From an uncultured Planctomycetia bacterium (GTDB taxonomy: Bacteria; Omnitrophota; Gorgyraeia; Gorgyraeales; Gorgyraeaceae), in the NCBI GenBank assembly GCA_964511955.1, contig CAZEGO010000001.1, forward strand, positions 1-39,876: a DNA stretch of 39,876 nucleotides. Reading direction: 5' to 3'. A model generated the notes under the pieces. That model worked only from the letters and a program-made list of their open reading frames with translations. It ran no database searches and was not told the DNA's origin. Made by a program: the position numbers and the translations under genes. Each line of letters opens with the position of its first letter. The first letter of the stretch is position 1. Positions 7,201-14,507 of this stretch are shown here, piece by piece.

Positions 7201-8772
7201 CTCCCATTTGTCGAACCAATGTTTATTAATGTCTTTTAGTTTAAAGAAGCGCTTCTTAAGAAAATTATCCACGCGGGTGCCTATAGGCAAAAGCATATGA
7301 CCGGGAAGCACTATGATGGATTCCAGAAAGCTCCCTCCCAGCATACAGAATATTATAGGCGGGATAAACCTGACCATGACACCAAACCTGCCGCCGAAGA
7401 AAAAGAGCGGCACAAAAGCCACGCACGTGGTAAATATACTGGCTATTATCGGAAAAACCACGTATTCGGTGCCTTTAGCGCTGGCCTCCACGGGATTCAT
7501 ACCGCTTGAACGATAACGCGTAATGTTCTCGGAGACCACTATGGCGTCGTCCACCACCATACCCATCACTATGATTACGGCCGCGAGAGTTATGTTATTT
7601 ATCGAATAACCCATCATGAGAGTAACGATAATCGTAAAACAAAAAGTAAACGGTATACCCATGGCTACCCATAAACCCGAACGAAAATCGAGGAAAATAA
7701 ACAAACATATAAGAATAAGCAAGAACCCTATAATGCCGTTCATGCTTATAAGGAAAAGGCGGTTCCTGACGTCCACCGATTCGTCATCCAACAGTACCAA
7801 TTCTATGCCGGTGCCCCCGAGACTGTTCCTTGAGAAAGATTCCGCGGTCTTTTTCAGGCTTTCTATCGCCTCTACTATACCCACTCTGGAAGTCTTAACG
7901 GCATTTAGGAAAATCCCTTCGTGTCCGTTTATTTTTATTACCGCTTTTGTCTTTTCATAGCCTTTTTCTATGTCGGCAATGTCGCCGAGCCTGACCACCT
8001 GGCCTTCGAAACCTCCCTGCACAGCCAGATTTTTTAATGACTCTATGTCGCCAAGCTCTCCAAAAAGAGTAACCTTGGGCTCGTTCTTGTTCTCAATGTT
8101 ACCGGCCGGCTGCCTGACGTTATTATTTTGTATCTCGTTGATAACGGTGTTAAACGGTATTTGATAATCTATGAGCTTGTCGGGATAAATTTTTATGTGT
8201 ATCTCGTCCTTCAGGTACCCGGACATGTTTACCTCGCTTATTTCGTCCAGACTAAGGAGTTGGTTCTCGAGAGCAAGCGCGTAGGATTGAAGCTTCTTGC
8301 GCGATTTAACATCCAGTATGTTTTTGCCTTTATAATACAATCCTATATCTATAATGGCTTTTCGTGATGTCTTGAACACTCTTATATTGGGATCATCTAT
8401 TATGTCATCCGGCAGGTCAACATCTAAGACAGTATTACGTATATCGGTAATCACCGCGTCCTTGTCTGCATGGTACTGCTCTATTTCGGCCGTAACGTTA
8501 CAATTGGCCTCGCCGGTTGAGCTCGTAACGCTATACACACCGTCTATACTACGCACCGCCTCCTCAATGTGTCTAGTAACGTAATATTCTACCTCCTCGG
8601 CCGAGGCTCCGGGATATTGAACACTTATCCGGACACGGTCAAAAGTGATATCGGGCAGTTCTTCCTTCCGCATCTGTTGCCAGGAAAGAATACCGCCTAT
8701 AAATATGGTGATAAAAAAAAGATTGGTGAGAAGATGTTTCTTGAGGAAAAAACGTATTATTCTTTCACGCAT
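4252..8772 (-). CDS. RND (AcrB/CzcA-type) efflux permease fused in-frame to a TolC-like outer-membrane factor domain
   Basis: One uninterrupted 1506-codon ORF.
- Residues ~1-1040 have RND hallmarks: an N-terminal TM, large periplasmic loops, and TM4-type MGMVVDDAIVVSENI with its repeat GVVVNDAIIMLV.
- Residues ~1041-1506 start with a signal-peptide-like segment (LKQVKVITLSVIFVLTGICYSRAEE).
- They continue as an OEP/TolC-like two-repeat coiled-coil/beta protein (TLEEFIKTVCEKDTVFQEI..., LPSIDIFAGFA..., TTLNDLIDEVNKLEDNKF...). Confidence 0.8.
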   Translation of the reverse strand: MRERIIRFFLKKHLLTNLFFITIFIGGILSWQQMRKEELPDITFDRVRISVQYPGASAEEVEYYVTRHIEEAVRSIDGVYSVTSSTGEANCNVTAEIEQYHADKDAVITDIRNTVLDVDLPDDIIDDPNIRVFKTSRKAIIDIGLYYKGKNILDVKSRKKLQSYALALENQLLSLDEISEVNMSGYLKDEIHIKIYPDKLIDYQIPFNTVINEIQNNNVRQPAGNIENKNEPKVTLFGELGDIESLKNLAVQGGFEGQVVRLGDIADIEKGYEKTKAVIKINGHEGIFLNAVKTSRVGIVEAIESLKKTAESFSRNSLGGTGIELVLLDDESVDVRNRLFLISMNGIIGFLLILICLFIFLDFRSGLWVAMGIPFTFCFTIIVTLMMGYSINNITLAAVIIVMGMVVDDAIVVSENITRYRSSGMNPVEASAKGTEYVVFPIIASIFTTCVAFVPLFFFGGRFGVMVRFIPPIIFCMLGGSFLESIIVLPGHMLLPIGTRVDNFLKKRFFKLKDINKHWFDKWEDVYGAFTEKVLPIKWLVFLFFIFLLALSWHIVESKMKFVMFPDEETRQIRLSAEAPAGSKRYQTARLAQSYEDVISDYIGKEVIGFRNYISRSRWGSAAQENKLTMRIEILPREKRVKSADQIIKEWEEKFSHIEGLNKVRLSKTRHAQESAVEIMVKENNDALRRKVADELAASLEKHPALYNIEIERPIMNPEYRIRLNRDKLRRLAISPSDIARTLRAALEGKILYELMGDDEKIYVRLTTVESAKDDIEKVLNIPVENQGKYLVPLKEIVNIEEVTTPDSISREDEKRTTVVYAGLKEESGKTPLEIADYLENNVLPDFNSAYPSTVVEFAGEIKDTRESQRDFMFGIVMAIVLIYIILALLFESLARPFIIMLTIPFSVVGIVLAFWFHGISMYGFFAVIGALGLAGVVVNDAIIMLVKLYDEYPDKILSGTEHYKKIASIAKTRLRAVILTTLTTVIGIVPTAYGWAGYDSMLAQMMLALAWGLLFGTMITLLLIPCIFSFNKKIKAKLGLKQVKVITLSVIFVLTGICYSRAEETDHKTVTLEEFIKTVCEKDTVFQEILADQLILKYKKALRLPAGDLVVSLKSQYEVFLDDNEGDPENTVSLSKLFPYVGTDVTLDYSSSVSLSSRAVSSDFELKISQPIAENAFGRSTKLLDKIVGLEIEVADYQIAEAYEDYLASLINTYYNWYFAYRNMETGQHAYKENLKLLENVKDRARNNIALPIDVNKVDLQVLAKKENLVSLEDNYVKYLNLVKQALRYKDDRILLPEEPDFYDNVEVEFERDYSEFEHESRTCEILALLTERSALEVDRDADKLLPSIDIFAGFATDGTGQTLREEDETAYAGFSFEWPLPGQAEKAEYETSRIELKKAALSEKNTHFDIFTRLRNLNESIEKERELIEISNKKIALAEEIVKDETENYSYGRTTLNDLIDEVNKLEDNKFNKIYHTIELRKLILDWLRLTDRLVLKDRGEELF

Positions 8773-8870
8773 AAAATTTCTATAACATACCGCCTTTTAT
8801 AAACAATTATATTTAACCATAAAAAAAGGCTTAATACAACGTCATATTTCCCGCTGTTTCCTGGAGGTTT

Positions 8871-9167
8871 TTACTGTTTCAGCTTAAGCTCTGTGCCATC
8901 ATGCGGACAATACCGGAGATCCGATCCGTACTGCCTACCGCACTCCGGACAAAACTTCGTCTGTGAAGCGTCCCCTACAAGGGCTCCGCCTGCCGCGCCT
9001 ACGGCCGCGCCAGCCAAAACCCCCTCAGTTGCGTGGCCCGACTGATGACCTATTATGGCGCCGGCTCCCGCCCCTATAAGGCTGCCCACTCCGGCGCCTC
9101 TCTGGGTAGCCGTGCACCCGGCCATTAAAACTAGCATACAACACAAAAACAGTATACCCTTTCTCAT
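8871..9167 (-). CDS. glycine-zipper lipoprotein with C-terminal zinc-ribbon
   Basis: Lipobox LMAGC after a signal peptide, GxxxG-rich GAGVGSLIGAGAGAIIG...GAAVGAAGGALVG, and a C-terminal CPECG...YCPHDG. Confidence 0.8.
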   Translation of the reverse strand: MRKGILFLCCMLVLMAGCTATQRGAGVGSLIGAGAGAIIGHQSGHATEGVLAGAAVGAAGGALVGDASQTKFCPECGRQYGSDLRYCPHDGTELKLKQ

Positions 9168-9189
9168 TTTTTTCTCTCCCTATAGCAGC

Positions 9190-9230
9190 GGCACACTCCG
9201 ACCAGGTCGAATTGTGCCACCGGTTTTTTT
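9190..9230. other. strong hairpin plus T7 run on the plus strand (in the 5' leader of the lipoprotein gene)
   Basis: GGCACACTCCGAC-CAG-GTCGAATTGTGCC (12 of 13 pairs), then ACCGG and TTTTTTT on the plus strand. On the gene (minus) strand the A-run precedes the stem, so it does not look like a minus-strand terminator. Confidence 0.5.
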
Positions 9231-9305
9231 CTCCAAAGGCGGAGGCGTGTCTCCTTCCGGACTGCAATCCGTACCTTCGCCATGAAAATGCATACCGTAT
9301 CTGCC

Positions 9306-9782
9306 TCAGAACTTTTTATGCCTCTTTTTCTTTGATTTATTTTTCTCTAATTCTTTTACCTTGTTTATAAACTTCTCATGCTGTTCATCTGTCAGGACTT
9401 CTCTCATAAAAAGGATTCTTTTTATTCTTTGTTCTATTTTTTTGCCTTCCAGATCTTTAAGCTCCGACAGTATCTTATCTATAGCTTTTTTATCTAACTC
9501 TTTCTTCTCGAGTTCTTTCTTCAGCTCCTCTCTTTTGGCGTGATTTTTCTCTCTTAATTCTTTCATAGCCTCCCGGCTTTTCTCTCCGTGTACTTTTATT
9601 TTTTCTTTCTGCTCTTCGGTAAGGCCGAGCTCCTCCTCCATCCTCTGCCTGCGCCTCTCCCAGTGTTTCTTCTTTTCTCCTTTTTCATACCCATACCATT
9701 TTCCGTGGCCTTCGGCATAAACGGAACACGCAAGCGACAAACCTACCAGAGCCGTTATTAAAACTTTAAGGCTATTCTTCAT
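9306..9782 (-). CDS. Spy/CpxP-family (LTxxQ motif) periplasmic stress protein
   Basis: Signal peptide MKNSLKVLITALVGLSLACSVYA, two LTxxQ motifs (LTEEQKEKI, LTDEQHEKF), and a highly charged helical sequence. Confidence 0.8.
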   Translation of the reverse strand: MKNSLKVLITALVGLSLACSVYAEGHGKWYGYEKGEKKKHWERRRQRMEEELGLTEEQKEKIKVHGEKSREAMKELREKNHAKREELKKELEKKELDKKAIDKILSELKDLEGKKIEQRIKRILFMREVLTDEQHEKFINKVKELEKNKSKKKRHKKF

Positions 9783-9805
9783 GATATCGTCTCCTTTCTA
9801 TTGTA

Positions 9806-9834
9806 TTAGACAAAGCAAACGCATCAAAGGTTCC
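9806..9834 (-). promoter_or_regulatory. ECF-type promoter upstream of the Spy/CpxP-like gene (GGAAC-18 nt-GTCTAA)
   Basis: Minus strand reads aaGGAACCTTTGATGCGTTTGCTTTGTCTAATAc. It has the same -35, -10 and spacing as the site at 10875-10904, and begins 3 nt after the anti-sigma stop. Confidence 0.65.
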
Positions 9835-9836
9835 TT

Positions 9837-10319
9837 TTAAAGAAAATATTTTTCTATTTCCGTGCCAAAATCCACGCTCTCGGATTCACCGATATCGAAA
9901 AACGCCAGGTATTCAGCCTGTTCCTTTATATAATTAGACATTGTCTCGTTCGCCGGGGCGTTCAGCCTTAACAATAAAGGTCCTACGATTAAAAATAACA
10001 TTGCTATAGCCAGAGAATAGGTGTACCTTTTTACCAAAACTACATAAACGAATTTTCCGATAAGGTTTTTAAAAAGACCTTCCCCGGAGGATTTTTCTCT
10101 TATAAGCCTTTCTCTTATACTATTCCATAGATAATCCGGTACTTCAAGATCTTCGATTTTCCTTAAAGGGTCTATCGCTTTTTCTCTTAGTTCTTTCTCG
10201 AATTTCGCGCAACCGGAGCAGGATTCAAGATGGTTTCTTACAAGTTCTTCAAGATCGCCTTTGGCTTCATTGTCTGCGTAATCCGTTTTTATAAACTCTC
10301 TTATTTTTCCGCAATCCAT
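9837..10319 (-). CDS. anti-sigma factor (zf-HC2 type, single TM)
   Basis: N-terminal H-x3-C-x2-C motif (HLESCSGC), a central hydrophobic TM (YSLAIAMLFLIVGPLLL), and a position immediately downstream of the ECF sigma gene (1-nt gap). Confidence 0.85.
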   Translation of the reverse strand: MDCGKIREFIKTDYADNEAKGDLEELVRNHLESCSGCAKFEKELREKAIDPLRKIEDLEVPDYLWNSIRERLIREKSSGEGLFKNLIGKFVYVVLVKRYTYSLAIAMLFLIVGPLLLRLNAPANETMSNYIKEQAEYLAFFDIGESESVDFGTEIEKYFL

Positions 10320-10320
10320 A

Positions 10321-10857
10321 CTACACCATCTCTTTCCGGGCTTGAGCCATCAACACCTCCCGCGCCCTTTTTAACCTTGAACGTACGGTATTTATATTTA
10401 TCTCTAGTGTTTTAGCTATTTCCTCATAGCTTAATCCCTGTATTTCTCTTAATATTATACAGGCTCTGTGTTCCGGGCTGAGTTTATCCAGCAAAAACTT
10501 TATAAGATTCTCATTAACATTGCCCGTATCCTCGTTATGGGCGATATTATTTATCCCGCGCTCGTAATCGCCTCTATCACCGCGTTCTCTCGAAATCCGT
10601 TTATTAAAATTCAAAGACGCATTGACAGTAATCCTGTAAACCCATGTTTTAAAAGACGAACGGAATCCGAAACTTTTAATCTTTTTATATATTTTTATAT
10701 AAACTTCCTGGGTTATTTCTTCAGCATCTGAAGTATTACCGCTGAACCTGAATGCCACGTTATAAACAAAAGACGACGTCATCCCGTATATCTCCTCAAA
10801 GGCAGACATATCTCCCCTAGACGCTTTATCTATTAAATCTCCCGGCACTTTTCTCAT
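10321..10857 (-). CDS. ECF (group 4) sigma-70 family factor
   Basis: Region 2 (FEEIYGMTSSFVYNVAFRFSGNTSDAEEITQEVYIKIY...TWVYRITVNASLN) and region 4 HTH (LSYEEIAKTLEININTVRSRLKRAREVL). Confidence 0.9.
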   Translation of the reverse strand: MRKVPGDLIDKASRGDMSAFEEIYGMTSSFVYNVAFRFSGNTSDAEEITQEVYIKIYKKIKSFGFRSSFKTWVYRITVNASLNFNKRISRERGDRGDYERGINNIAHNEDTGNVNENLIKFLLDKLSPEHRACIILREIQGLSYEEIAKTLEININTVRSRLKRAREVLMAQARKEMV

Positions 10858-10874
10858 GATCTGCCTCTGTAATA

Positions 10875-10904
10875 TTAGACAAACGGAAAGCCTTAAAAGT
10901 TCCC
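10875..10904 (-). promoter_or_regulatory. ECF-type autoregulatory promoter (GGGAAC-18 nt-GTCTAA)
   Basis: Minus strand reads aGGGAACTTTTAAGGCTTTCCGTTTGTCTAATAtt. Lies between the mscL stop (10912) and the sigma start (10857). Resembles the RpoE/AlgU-class GAACTT-N16/17-TCTNA. Confidence 0.65.
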
Positions 10905-10911
10905 TGTGTTT

Positions 10912-11361
10912 TTATTTTACGGATAAATCAGACGTACACCTGGGGCATCGTGTCGCTTTTATCGAGATACTCGTGAAACAGTATGGGCAGGATTTTTGCG
11001 TAGGCGCGACCGATTCGCTGTCTTCTTTCCTTCTGAGATTATTTATCTGTTTAACCATGAAAAATACTACGATAGACACTATCAGGAAAGAGATTACGTT
11101 ACTTACGAATATACCGTAATTAATGGTGACCGCACCCGCGGCTTTAGCCTCACCGAGAGAATTATAGTGACCCCCGGAAAGGTTTAAATAAAGACTGGAG
11201 AAATCTATTCTTTTGGTTACGAGGGCTATCGGAGGCATGATAACGTCTTCCACCAGGGAGCTTACTATTTTCCCAAAAGCGGCGCCTACCAGTATACCTA
11301 CCGCCATGTCTACCACGTTCCCTCTTACGGCAAATTCTTTGAATTCCTGAAAAATTTTCAT
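10912..11361 (-). CDS. mscL: large-conductance mechanosensitive channel MscL with C-terminal zinc-ribbon tail
   Basis: MKIFQEFKEFAVRGNVVDMAVGILVGAAFGKIVSSLVEDVIMPPI is the canonical MscL N-terminus/TM1. The tail is CPYCFTSISIKATRCPRC. Confidence 0.95.
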   Translation of the reverse strand: MKIFQEFKEFAVRGNVVDMAVGILVGAAFGKIVSSLVEDVIMPPIALVTKRIDFSSLYLNLSGGHYNSLGEAKAAGAVTINYGIFVSNVISFLIVSIVVFFMVKQINNLRRKEDSESVAPTQKSCPYCFTSISIKATRCPRCTSDLSVK

Positions 11362-11414
11362 ATGGAACTCTTTTTTATAATAATCTCCTTATTTCACGCG
11401 CACTCATATCATAT

Positions 11415-11443
11415 ATTCTATATAAAAAAAGGTATCCTGGCAA
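11415..11443 (-). promoter_or_regulatory. candidate sigma70 promoter for mscL (TTGCCA-17-TAGAAT)
   Basis: Minus strand reads TTGCCAggatacctttttttataTAGAAT. Lies downstream of the FKBP terminator. Confidence 0.45.
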
Positions 11444-11479
11444 TTTATTATTTTATCCGTGTATTTATATTAGACGGGC

Positions 11480-11511
11480 AAAAAAGGGTAAATCCCGGTT
11501 GAGATTTACCC
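11480..11511 (-). terminator. rho-independent terminator after the FKBP gene
   Basis: Minus strand reads GGGTAAATC-tcaaccgg-GATTTACCC followed directly by TTTTTTG. Confidence 0.75.
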
Positions 11512-11537
11512 TTTCGACAGGAAGGTTTTACGTAATT

Positions 11538-12038
11538 CTATTCCACCGATATTATTTTAACGCTGAAGTTTAGTGTCTTGTCCGTGAGCGGGTGATTAAG
11601 ATCGACTACGACACTGTCGTCTTTTATTTCCTTTATCCTCGCCACAAAAACCCTTTCGCCGCTTTTCATCTGTAGGGGCATGCCCACCCTGGGCTCGAGT
11701 TCTTCAGGCAGGGAAGATTTAGGAAGCTCTTGGACCAGCTCGGGATTATACGCGCCGTAAGCCTCGGCCGGAGGTATAGTTACGGATTTCTCCTCGCCGG
11801 GCTGTAAACCCATAAGTTCTTTCTCGAGTCCCGGTATTATATTCCCCTGGCCGTGTACGTACTGCAGGGGTTCTTTATCTTTCGATGTATCTACTACCTG
11901 ACCGTCCACGGTCAGGACGTAATCAAAACTCACTTTTCTACCTTCCTGAATAGCCATATCTTTTCCTTTCGCTCTCCCGAAACAAACCGCCGGGCTTAAA
12001 ATGAACAATGCCGTCAAAATCCACGCAATGCGCTTCAT
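11538..12038 (-). CDS. secreted FKBP-type peptidyl-prolyl cis-trans isomerase (SlyD/FkpA-like)
   Basis: VSFDYVLTVDGQVVDTS...PLQYVHGQGNIIPGLEKELMGLQPGEEKSVTIPPAEAYG. Start chosen at MKRIAWILTALFILSPAVCFG (signal peptide), with AAGGAG 6 nt upstream. The track ORF extends to 12098. Confidence 0.85.
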   Translation of the reverse strand: MKRIAWILTALFILSPAVCFGRAKGKDMAIQEGRKVSFDYVLTVDGQVVDTSKDKEPLQYVHGQGNIIPGLEKELMGLQPGEEKSVTIPPAEAYGAYNPELVQELPKSSLPEELEPRVGMPLQMKSGERVFVARIKEIKDDSVVVDLNHPLTDKTLNFSVKIISVE

Positions 12039-12203
12039 CCCAATCTCCTTTCCTCTTTTACCGCAAAATAAAAAAGCGGAAGTGTAAAAAAATCTCAAAT
12101 ATCCTTAAACTCCCGCCGTAAGATATTCAAATCTCGTTGTTTATACTTTTATTTTAACGGTTTAAATCCTTTCTGTCAAAAATAAAACCGCAAACATCCC
12201 TAA

Positions 12204-12578
12204 TTACTTTTTCCATGAGACAAGCCTGCCTTTCGTACCGAAATACAACCGCACGCTATTATCCGAAAAATATTCCGCGGGGTGTCTGTAAGTATACTCT
12301 TCTCCGCCTTCTTCGGTTTTTTGTATAAACGTAGGTTCTCCGTATTTTTTAATGACAAGTTCTCTGGAAAGACCTTTATCTATTCTCTCGTTTACTATGT
12401 CTTTTTTCAGGGCCGTGTATTTTCTGGTCTTTTCCCTTACGTAGACATCGATTTCCTTCTGACTCCTGCCGAGATCTTGGAGAGTCTGAATCTGATCCGC
12501 ATGACGGGCCACCGAACATCCGGAAAAAAACAGGAAAATACAAAAAGATAAGATACGGAGGATTCCGCCTTTTATCAT
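12204..12578 (-). CDS. hypothetical lipoprotein
   Basis: Signal peptide with lipobox FFSGC. No confident family assignment. Confidence 0.6.
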   Translation of the reverse strand: MIKGGILRILSFCIFLFFSGCSVARHADQIQTLQDLGRSQKEIDVYVREKTRKYTALKKDIVNERIDKGLSRELVIKKYGEPTFIQKTEEGGEEYTYRHPAEYFSDNSVRLYFGTKGRLVSWKK

Positions 12579-12585
12579 ATCTCTA

Positions 12586-13077
12586 TTATATCTTTCTAAG
12601 AGCTTTCATTACAGACTTTTTTGCCTCGCTTTTTTTTACCTGCTTAACGTAGGAAATCTCCTCCAGGAGAATGTTATTCGCGGATTCCAGAAGATTTTTC
12701 CTTTTTGACGAAAAGAGCCCGTCATCCTGCCACTCAAGGTCCCTGATCACTTCCCCTACGCTGAAAAAATCCCCGGATTTCAGTTTCTCCTCCGTCCCCG
12801 GATAACCGTGCCTGGAATCCTCGGAAAGATCATCGGGTCTCTTTGACAGGACTTTATATATATCGTCTATTTTTTCTTCGCTGACGGGTGTCCTCGCTCC
12901 GGATTCCACTATCTTATCCTCGTCCACGTATATCTTAAAATCTCCCGGTATGTTTTTATTGGGTCTCAGGACATACGATATTGTTTTGTTTTCAGACTTC
13001 GGGTCTCTGTTTATAATACCCGCTATTTTACATATCCCGTAAGAGGGATGTATTATCACTGTTCCTATCTTAAGCAT
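12586..13077 (-). CDS. carD: CarD/CdnL-family RNA-polymerase-binding regulator
   Basis: N-terminal Tudor-like MLKIGTVIIHPSYGICKIAGII..., then LKSGDFFSVGEVIRDLEW and a helical C-terminus. The architecture parallels CarD. Confidence 0.7.
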   Translation of the reverse strand: MLKIGTVIIHPSYGICKIAGIINRDPKSENKTISYVLRPNKNIPGDFKIYVDEDKIVESGARTPVSEEKIDDIYKVLSKRPDDLSEDSRHGYPGTEEKLKSGDFFSVGEVIRDLEWQDDGLFSSKRKNLLESANNILLEEISYVKQVKKSEAKKSVMKALRKI

Positions 13078-13116
13078 ATTACTCTCCTTTGCGGTCTTGG
13101 TGTCTGTTTTGACTCT

Positions 13117-13761
13117 CTATAACAATTCACTCAATAATGACACGGAAAAACGATTTCTTCTGCAATCTTTTATGATTTCCGGCAGCATTCTGACGGTGGC
13201 GGAGCGTCTTTTTATAAACGTATTCTCAGCCCCGTCATGCAATAAAACTATATCCCCGCTTTTCTTCCTGCGGTTAATGAACTTATTTCTTATAAGCGAG
13301 GTGCTGCCCATCCAGTCGACGGTCGAGAAAGTCCAACCCACATAATGATGACCGTTACGCCTGGCGTGATCCATAAGTATGGATGAAGATAAGTCCCAGA
13401 AAGCCAGCGACGGTCTCAACAGTACCGGACGCCGTCCGATTATATCCTTGATAATCCCGTCGGTCATCTCTATCTCTCTTTTTATAAAACTTACTCCTCG
13501 CCTCTTTATCAAAGGGCTTATGGGATGGCTGTAACTATGGTTTCCTATGTCATGGCCTTCTTTATACATACGCCTGACTAAAGAAGGATGTTTTTCGGCG
13601 TTTTTCCCCACGATAAAAAAAGTTGCCTTGGCGTTGTAATCATCCAGTATATCCAGTATCTTAGGCGTGTACTCCCTGTCAGGACCGTCGTCGAATGTCA
13701 GACATATATGTCTCAGGCTTTTATTCTTTGTTTTTCCGGTTTCTATCCTGTTTATCATCAT
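13117..13761 (-). CDS. polysaccharide deacetylase (NodB homology domain, CE4)
   Basis: CLTFDDGPD motif, HSYSHP motif, LLRPS and VLLHDG. Start moved to the MM at 13756-13761, 2 nt after the GNAT stop. The track ORF reaches 13818. Confidence 0.85.
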   Translation of the reverse strand: MMINRIETGKTKNKSLRHICLTFDDGPDREYTPKILDILDDYNAKATFFIVGKNAEKHPSLVRRMYKEGHDIGNHSYSHPISPLIKRRGVSFIKREIEMTDGIIKDIIGRRPVLLRPSLAFWDLSSSILMDHARRNGHHYVGWTFSTVDWMGSTSLIRNKFINRRKKSGDIVLLHDGAENTFIKRRSATVRMLPEIIKDCRRNRFSVSLLSELL

Positions 13762-13763
13762 GG

Positions 13764-14417
13764 CTATTCGGGCTCCCTCGTATATTCCATATAGTATAAC
13801 GGGCTTTTGCCCAGCCACTTTTCCCAGGTAGGTACGCGCCTGCGGTCGATCAGTTTAAATCCGTACTTCTCGAAGAAACAGAACCTGTCTTCCTGCCTCA
13901 AGGCTCGAAATTTCACTCCTATGTTCTTCCCTTTGATGTATCTTAAAAATTCTTCCACCAGTCTGGAGCCAATTTTCCTGCCTCTGAATCCGGTCTTTAT
14001 GTTTTGGTGTATATGAGCTGTATATTTTCCTTTGATTTTCTTAAGGCTTGTCTCTCTTCTTAAGAAACTGAGTAAATTATACTTTATAAGTCTTAAAGAT
14101 TTTTTGCTCCATATTTTGCCTCTAATAAGCGCTTTTATAACAGACACGGGAAGGACCTTTGTGATCATGTATAACCCGTATTTTGTCTCGTCCAGACCCG
14201 CGGACAGATAACCAACTACTTCCCCCTTATGCTCAGCCACCCAGGTATGACATGGCTCGTAAATCATGTAATAATTCATTATAAGATCGGCCAAGAGCTC
14301 TCTATCCGGAAAAAAATTCTCGCACTCTTCTCCGAAATACGCGGTATCGGCCGTAAGCTTTCGCAAAGCGGAAAAATCTTTCCTATTGACTTTTCTGATT
14401 AATAATCCTCTGTCCAT
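13764..14417 (-). CDS. GNAT-family N-acetyltransferase
   Basis: Acetyl-CoA motif-A-like FRGRKIGSRLVEEF and a C-terminal FFEKYGFK. There is an insertion between the N- and C-terminal halves. Confidence 0.7.
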   Translation of the reverse strand: MDRGLLIRKVNRKDFSALRKLTADTAYFGEECENFFPDRELLADLIMNYYMIYEPCHTWVAEHKGEVVGYLSAGLDETKYGLYMITKVLPVSVIKALIRGKIWSKKSLRLIKYNLLSFLRRETSLKKIKGKYTAHIHQNIKTGFRGRKIGSRLVEEFLRYIKGKNIGVKFRALRQEDRFCFFEKYGFKLIDRRRVPTWEKWLGKSPLYYMEYTREPE

Positions 14418-14507
14418 AAAATTCCCGATGCAATAAATAATGTTTTTAAGATAAGCTTTTTTTGGGAGAAAGTTAAGGCTTACCCAAGAAAACCCCGTGA
14501 CGATTTT

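Noticed and set aside
11467-11475. A third GTCTAATAT (-10-like) copy upstream of mscL, and a GTCTAA at 3577-3582, as additional ECF promoters
   Set aside because: No GGAAC lies 18 nt upstream in either case. At 11467 the upstream DNA is the FKBP terminator stem. A TTGCCA-17-TAGAAT sigma70-type promoter further downstream explains mscL better.
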